UHGV virus genome: UHGV-0351028
Source: a virus
Length of the DNA stretch: 10,108 bases
Direction: 5' to 3' (one strand)
Shown piece by piece: positions 6,903 through 10,108 of this stretch (position 1 is its first letter; every line of letters starts with the position of its first letter). Position numbers and translations under genes: made by a program. The notes below the pieces were generated by a model. The model made no database searches and was not told where the DNA came from. It saw only the letters and a program-made list of their open reading frames with translations.

Positions 6903-6924
6903 CGCTTCACTCGAGGCGTTTTTC
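6903..6924 (+). terminator. Second intrinsic terminator-like hairpin upstream of cIII
   Basis: CGCTTC-ACTC-GAGGCG stem (one G-U pair) followed by TTTTT. Confidence 0.5.
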
Positions 6925-6949
6925 GTTATGTATAAATAAGGAGCACACC

Positions 6950-7090
6950 ATGCAATATGCCATTGCAGGGTGGCCTGTTGCTGGCTGCCCTTCCGAATCT
7001 TTACTTGAACGAATCACACGTAAATTACGTGATGGATGGAAACGCCTTATCGACATACTTAATCAGCCAGGAGTTCCCAAAAATGGATAA
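6950..7090 (+). CDS. cIII: CIII (protease inhibitor stabilising CII), 46 aa, shorter than lambda CIII
   Basis: MQYAIAGWPVAGCPSESLLERITRKLRDGWKRLIDILNQPGVPKNG matches lambda CIII as recalled up to a stop that lambda lacks. SD AAGGAG lies 6 nt upstream. The 80-aa track ORF from 6848 is an upstream extension with no SD. Confidence 0.85.
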   Translation: MQYAIAGWPVAGCPSESLLERITRKLRDGWKRLIDILNQPGVPKNG

Positions 7091-7196
7091 AACACTTATG
7101 GCTATCCAGACTAAATTCACTATCGCCACTTTTATTGGCGATGAAAAGATGTTTCGTGAAGCCGTAGAAGCCTACAGAAAATGGAGGTCAAAATGA
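7083..7196 (+). CDS. kil: Kil-like protein, 37 aa with a divergent C-terminus
   Basis: MDKTLMAIQTKFTIATFIGDEKMFREAVEAYRKW... matches the lambda Kil N-terminus as recalled, then diverges. Overlaps the cIII end. Confidence 0.7.
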   Translation: MDKTLMAIQTKFTIATFIGDEKMFREAVEAYRKWRSK

Positions 7197-7381
7197 TTCC
7201 GGTAGAACTGGCGAAAACTCCAGAGTTAAGTCGATTAAAAAGAGAATATCACATTGCTGAGGCTCGTTACTGGCGTAAAGCGGGAGATAAATCAAAGAAA
7301 CAACTTTGTTTATGGCAGGCGCAAAGAGAGCGCATGAATGAGCGCGAATTTCTTTCCTGCCCATCCGAATTACCATTCTGA
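7193..7381 (+). CDS. Hypothetical protein (62 aa)
   Basis: ATG at 7193 with SD GGAGG 5 nt upstream; ATGA overlap with the kil stop. Basic, helical-looking product. Confidence 0.6.
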   Translation: MIPVELAKTPELSRLKREYHIAEARYWRKAGDKSKKQLCLWQAQRERMNEREFLSCPSELPF

Positions 7382-7389
7382 GGCAAATT

Positions 7390-8070
7390 ATGGGAACTGC
7401 GACATTAATACTCGGTGAATCTGGCACCGGAAAATCAACCAGCATGAGAAATATCAACCCAGAGGAAGCAATACTTATAAAACCAATAGGCAAGCCGCTA
7501 CCATTTAAATCAAAAGACTGGCTTGCATGGGATGCCAGAGCAAAAAAAGGAACCGTAGTTACCACTGACAAATGGGACGTAATAGTTGCTGTAATTAAGC
7601 GTGCTCACGAATACGGAAAAAGAATCGTTATTGTTGATGACTTCCAGTATGTGATGAGCAATGAGTTTATGCGCCGCTCAGAAGAAAAATCGTTTGATAA
7701 ATTTACTGAGATAGGCCGCCACGCATGGGAGGTGATTAAGGCTGCACAGGATGCACCTGATGACCTGAGAGTCTATTTTCTTGCACACACCGAAGAAACC
7801 CCTATGGGGCGTGTGAAAATGAAGACTATCGGCAAAATGCTGGACGAGAAAATCACTGTCGAAGGCATGTTTACTATAGTTCTTCGCACCCTTACCCGCG
7901 ATGACCAGTTCTTTTTCACCACGAAAAACAACGGTGCAGACACTGTAAAATCCCCAATGGGAATGTTTGATTCTAATGAGATTGATAACGATCTCTCTTT
8001 CGTCGATGCCACTGTTTGTGATTACTACGGCATCAATAATGTTCATCAAATTAAGGAAAACGCCGCATGA
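7390..8070 (+). CDS. Sak4-like (AAA_24/RecA-core) phage ATPase
   Basis: 226-aa ORF with Walker A GESGTGKST at residues 9-17 and Walker B RIVIVDD. Size and neighbourhood are typical of phage Sak4-type recombination ATPases. Confidence 0.75.
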   Translation: MGTATLILGESGTGKSTSMRNINPEEAILIKPIGKPLPFKSKDWLAWDARAKKGTVVTTDKWDVIVAVIKRAHEYGKRIVIVDDFQYVMSNEFMRRSEEKSFDKFTEIGRHAWEVIKAAQDAPDDLRVYFLAHTEETPMGRVKMKTIGKMLDEKITVEGMFTIVLRTLTRDDQFFFTTKNNGADTVKSPMGMFDSNEIDNDLSFVDATVCDYYGINNVHQIKENAA

Positions 8071-8654
8071 GCAACGTGATTTTTACTTATAACGAAGAAG
8101 CAGCACTGACCGCAGGGCAAGGTGGTTTTATTAACGAAACTGGTGCTCATATCATTACCATTACTGAAGCAGAACTAAAGCAATCAGAAAAAGGAGCCAA
8201 ATTTATTGAGTTTTCTGGCGAATCTGACGACGGACGTAAAATCCAATATCTTAGCGTCTGTGTTCAGAAAAATGACGGAACGGAAAACAAATTTGGCGCA
8301 AATGTCGTTCACGCCATGATGGGGTGTGCCGGGATTGGACAATTAACGCAACATATGGTTTCCGCCAGTAAATTTGTTGCTCCTGAGTTTCATGGAAAGA
8401 AAATCGGGTTAGTGCTCCAGAAAGTATTAACCACAAACAAAAAGACTGGCGCAGACAACTACCAGATGGAAATACGCATCCCGTTTATTGCACAAACAGG
8501 TCAAACCCTTAAAGAAAAGGCAGAAGGCAAGCAACCAGAAACTATCGCCAACATGGTTGCCAATCTCAAAGATAAAGACAATCGCTCTAAAAACGTAAGC
8601 CAGAATCATGCAGATGATTATGGTTACAGCCAGAACGATTACCCTGCTTTCTGA
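8067..8654 (+). CDS. Putative ssDNA-binding protein (DUF669-like partner of Sak4)
   Basis: 195-aa ORF overlapping the ATPase stop by 4 bp. Acidic/aromatic C-terminal tail ending ...DDYGYSQNDYPAF resembles SSB-type tails. The Sak4-DUF669 pairing is a known phage module. Confidence 0.55.
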   Translation: MSNVIFTYNEEAALTAGQGGFINETGAHIITITEAELKQSEKGAKFIEFSGESDDGRKIQYLSVCVQKNDGTENKFGANVVHAMMGCAGIGQLTQHMVSASKFVAPEFHGKKIGLVLQKVLTTNKKTGADNYQMEIRIPFIAQTGQTLKEKAEGKQPETIANMVANLKDKDNRSKNVSQNHADDYGYSQNDYPAF

Positions 8655-8677
8655 TTACTGAAAATAAGGCTCCCATT

Positions 8678-8974
8678 ATGCCAGCGCCTCTGTATGGTGC
8701 GGATGACCCGCGCAATTGCTCCGGTAGCTCCAAGGCGGAGGTGCTGGAAAATATCAAAAACATTTTCGACACGTTTATCGATCTGCCACCAGAAACAAAA
8801 GCAGAACGGATGTACCGACGCGATATACAACTCGCGTTAAAAAATGAGAAGGACCGAACAAACGAAACATCAATCCGACCATTCCGCAAAGCCACATATA
8901 CCCACTTCCCTGAATATATCGACCCGCGCCTGCGTAATTACCGCTCACGCTATGGCGCTATCAGTAATGACTGA
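8678..8974 (+). CDS. Hypothetical protein (98 aa)
   Basis: Co-directional ORF in the early-left operon with no recognised motif. Confidence 0.6.
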   Translation: MPAPLYGADDPRNCSGSSKAEVLENIKNIFDTFIDLPPETKAERMYRRDIQLALKNEKDRTNETSIRPFRKATYTHFPEYIDPRLRNYRSRYGAISND

Positions 8975-8984
8975 GGAATTTACC

Positions 8985-9152
8985 ATGAGAGGACTTGCAT
9001 ACAATCCCGGCATTCTTCCGGCAGAAATGATTATTCGCCAACGCGTAAAGCCAATGCCATCGAGAGAGGAATTGCTTAAGAGAAATTCTATTCCATCAGT
9101 GAATCAAAACAAATATCTGAATGCGATGTGGCGCAAAGGAGGCAACCAGTGA
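8985..9152 (+). CDS. Hypothetical small protein (55 aa)
   Basis: ATG at 8985 with GAGG upstream. Its stop overlaps the GTG start of the next gene. The 102-aa track ORF from 8844 is an upstream extension. Confidence 0.5.
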   Translation: MRGLAYNPGILPAEMIIRQRVKPMPSREELLKRNSIPSVNQNKYLNAMWRKGGNQ

Positions 9153-10015
9153 GCAAGATTGACTATCAGGTACTGCGTGCCAAGGCAGAAAAAGCAACGT
9201 GTGGTGTATGGTCGCTCGAATATGGAGAGAGCCGATTTGATGGTGATGATGCTCTAATTTATCGCGAGGCTGCTGGATATATTCCCATTTGCAGAATTGA
9301 AGGAGCGCATCCAGAAAGCGGTTTCGATGAAGATTTCCAAATGGAACAGCAGGCCAATGCTGAATTCATCGCCGCAGCCAATCCCGCTACCGTCTTGGCC
9401 CTGCTGGATGAACTGGAAAGAAACCAGCAATACATAAAACGCCGCGATCAGGAGAACGAGGATATTGCGCTAACGGTAGGGAAACTGCGTGTTGAGCTTG
9501 AGGAGACAAAATCAAAACTCAACGAGCAGCGCGAGTATTACGAAGGTGTCATCTCGGATGGAAGTAAGCGCATAGCAGAGTTGCAGACAAAATCTGCACC
9601 AGATTCGTTTGGCATCATCGGTGAAAATATTCGAACACAGGATAATCGAATAACGTCAGACCCTATGTTTTGTGTGTATCAAAAGTGCGAAATTGTTGTT
9701 GATGCTGATTATGACTATGACCGGATTGTCTGGGTTGATGAAGATGGCAATGAAGCCAATAAACGCCAAAGTCGTCGTCTCGAACTACTTCACGAAAACT
9801 TTCGAGAGCCACCAGAAAAATGGCGGCGCGTTGCTGTGAAAGATATTGATGAATTCGTTACCTGCTGTTTCACCGAACAGGGTTGTAAAGACTACCTGGC
9901 AGCCAATGGTCACAATCTTCGCTTGCCATTTATATATGTAAAAAGCGGTTTCAGGAACGCTGAATATATCGGCATAAGAAACTGGCTTGCTGGCATTCGC
10001 ATCAAAGGAGAGTGA
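9149..10015 (+). CDS. ead/Ea22-like prophage protein with a central coiled coil
   Basis: In-frame GTG at 9149 is preceded by a strong SD AGGAGG at 9137-9142, so it is preferred over the ATG at 9128, which has no SD. Product ([20 protein letters not shown]...[24 protein letters not shown]...) resembles Ea22-family prophage proteins as recalled. Confidence 0.7.
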   Translation: MSKIDYQVLRAKAEKATCGVWSLEYGESRFDGDDALIYREAAGYIPICRIEGAHPESGFDEDFQMEQQANAEFIAAANPATVLALLDELERNQQYIKRRDQENEDIALTVGKLRVELEETKSKLNEQREYYEGVISDGSKRIAELQTKSAPDSFGIIGENIRTQDNRITSDPMFCVYQKCEIVVDADYDYDRIVWVDEDGNEANKRQSRRLELLHENFREPPEKWRRVAVKDIDEFVTCCFTEQGCKDYLAANGHNLRLPFIYVKSGFRNAEYIGIRNWLAGIRIKGE

Positions 10016-10016
10016 G

Positions 10017-10108
10017 AATGCAAATTTCACCGGTTACTCTTCGTGTTGCGAAGGCGTTTATATCCAGACATCACCGACACAATAAACCCCCGGTGGGGCA
10101 TAAATTCA
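10017..10108 (+). CDS. Hypothetical protein, 5' fragment (continues beyond window end)
   Basis: ATG at 10017 with SD AGGAG upstream, 1 bp after the previous stop. Open to the window edge (MQISPVTLRVAKAFISRHHRHNKPPVGHKF...). Confidence 0.6.

Noticed and set aside
6848-7090. 80-aa version of the cIII ORF starting at 6848
   Set aside because: The upstream extension runs through two terminator hairpins and has no Shine-Dalgarno. The internal ATG at 6950 has a strong AAGGAG and gives the CIII-like N-terminus.
7188-8049. Minus-strand ORFs 7188-7571, 7678-8049 and 7773-8012
   Set aside because: Antisense to the Sak4-like ATPase and neighbouring genes; no supporting signals.
8251-8895. Minus-strand ORFs 8251-8436, 8427-8609, 8587-8895 and 8639-8830
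   Set aside because: Antisense to the SSB-like gene and the 98-aa hypothetical gene; likely artefacts.
9128-9148. ATG at 9128 as the start of the Ea22-like gene
   Set aside because: It has no Shine-Dalgarno, whereas the in-frame GTG at 9149 has AGGAGG at ideal spacing and abuts the upstream stop.
9785-10030. 81-aa minus-strand ORF near the window end
   Set aside because: Antisense to the Ea22-like gene, with no start signals.

Overview
This window is the immunity and early region of a lambdoid prophage, read in reverse orientation relative to the conventional lambda map. All protein and site identifications below rest on my recollection of lambda, P22 and IS sequences, not on a database search. 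Leftward-transcribed genes (minus strand) are cro, a cII homologue, an O-like replication initiator with internal ori iterons, an HNH endonuclease and a Toprim primase whose 3' end is cut by an IS3-family (IS629-like) insertion at position 118. Rightward genes (plus strand) are a lambda-type cI repressor, then PL/OL, a P22-type nutL boxB, a P22-like N antiterminator, Ral, cIII, Kil, a Sak4-like ATPase, an SSB-like protein, small hypotheticals and an Ea22-like protein. The most interesting feature is at 4114-5522, the position lambda uses for rexA-rexB: an AT-rich, translationally coupled two-gene cassette (159-aa protein with a nucleotidyltransferase signature plus a 310-aa protein with no recognisable domain), followed by an intrinsic terminator. 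I could not assign it to any named system and consider it a candidate uncharacterised prophage-encoded defence or abortive-infection module. The region is strongly mosaic (lambda immunity, P22-type N and nut sites, non-Red recombination module).
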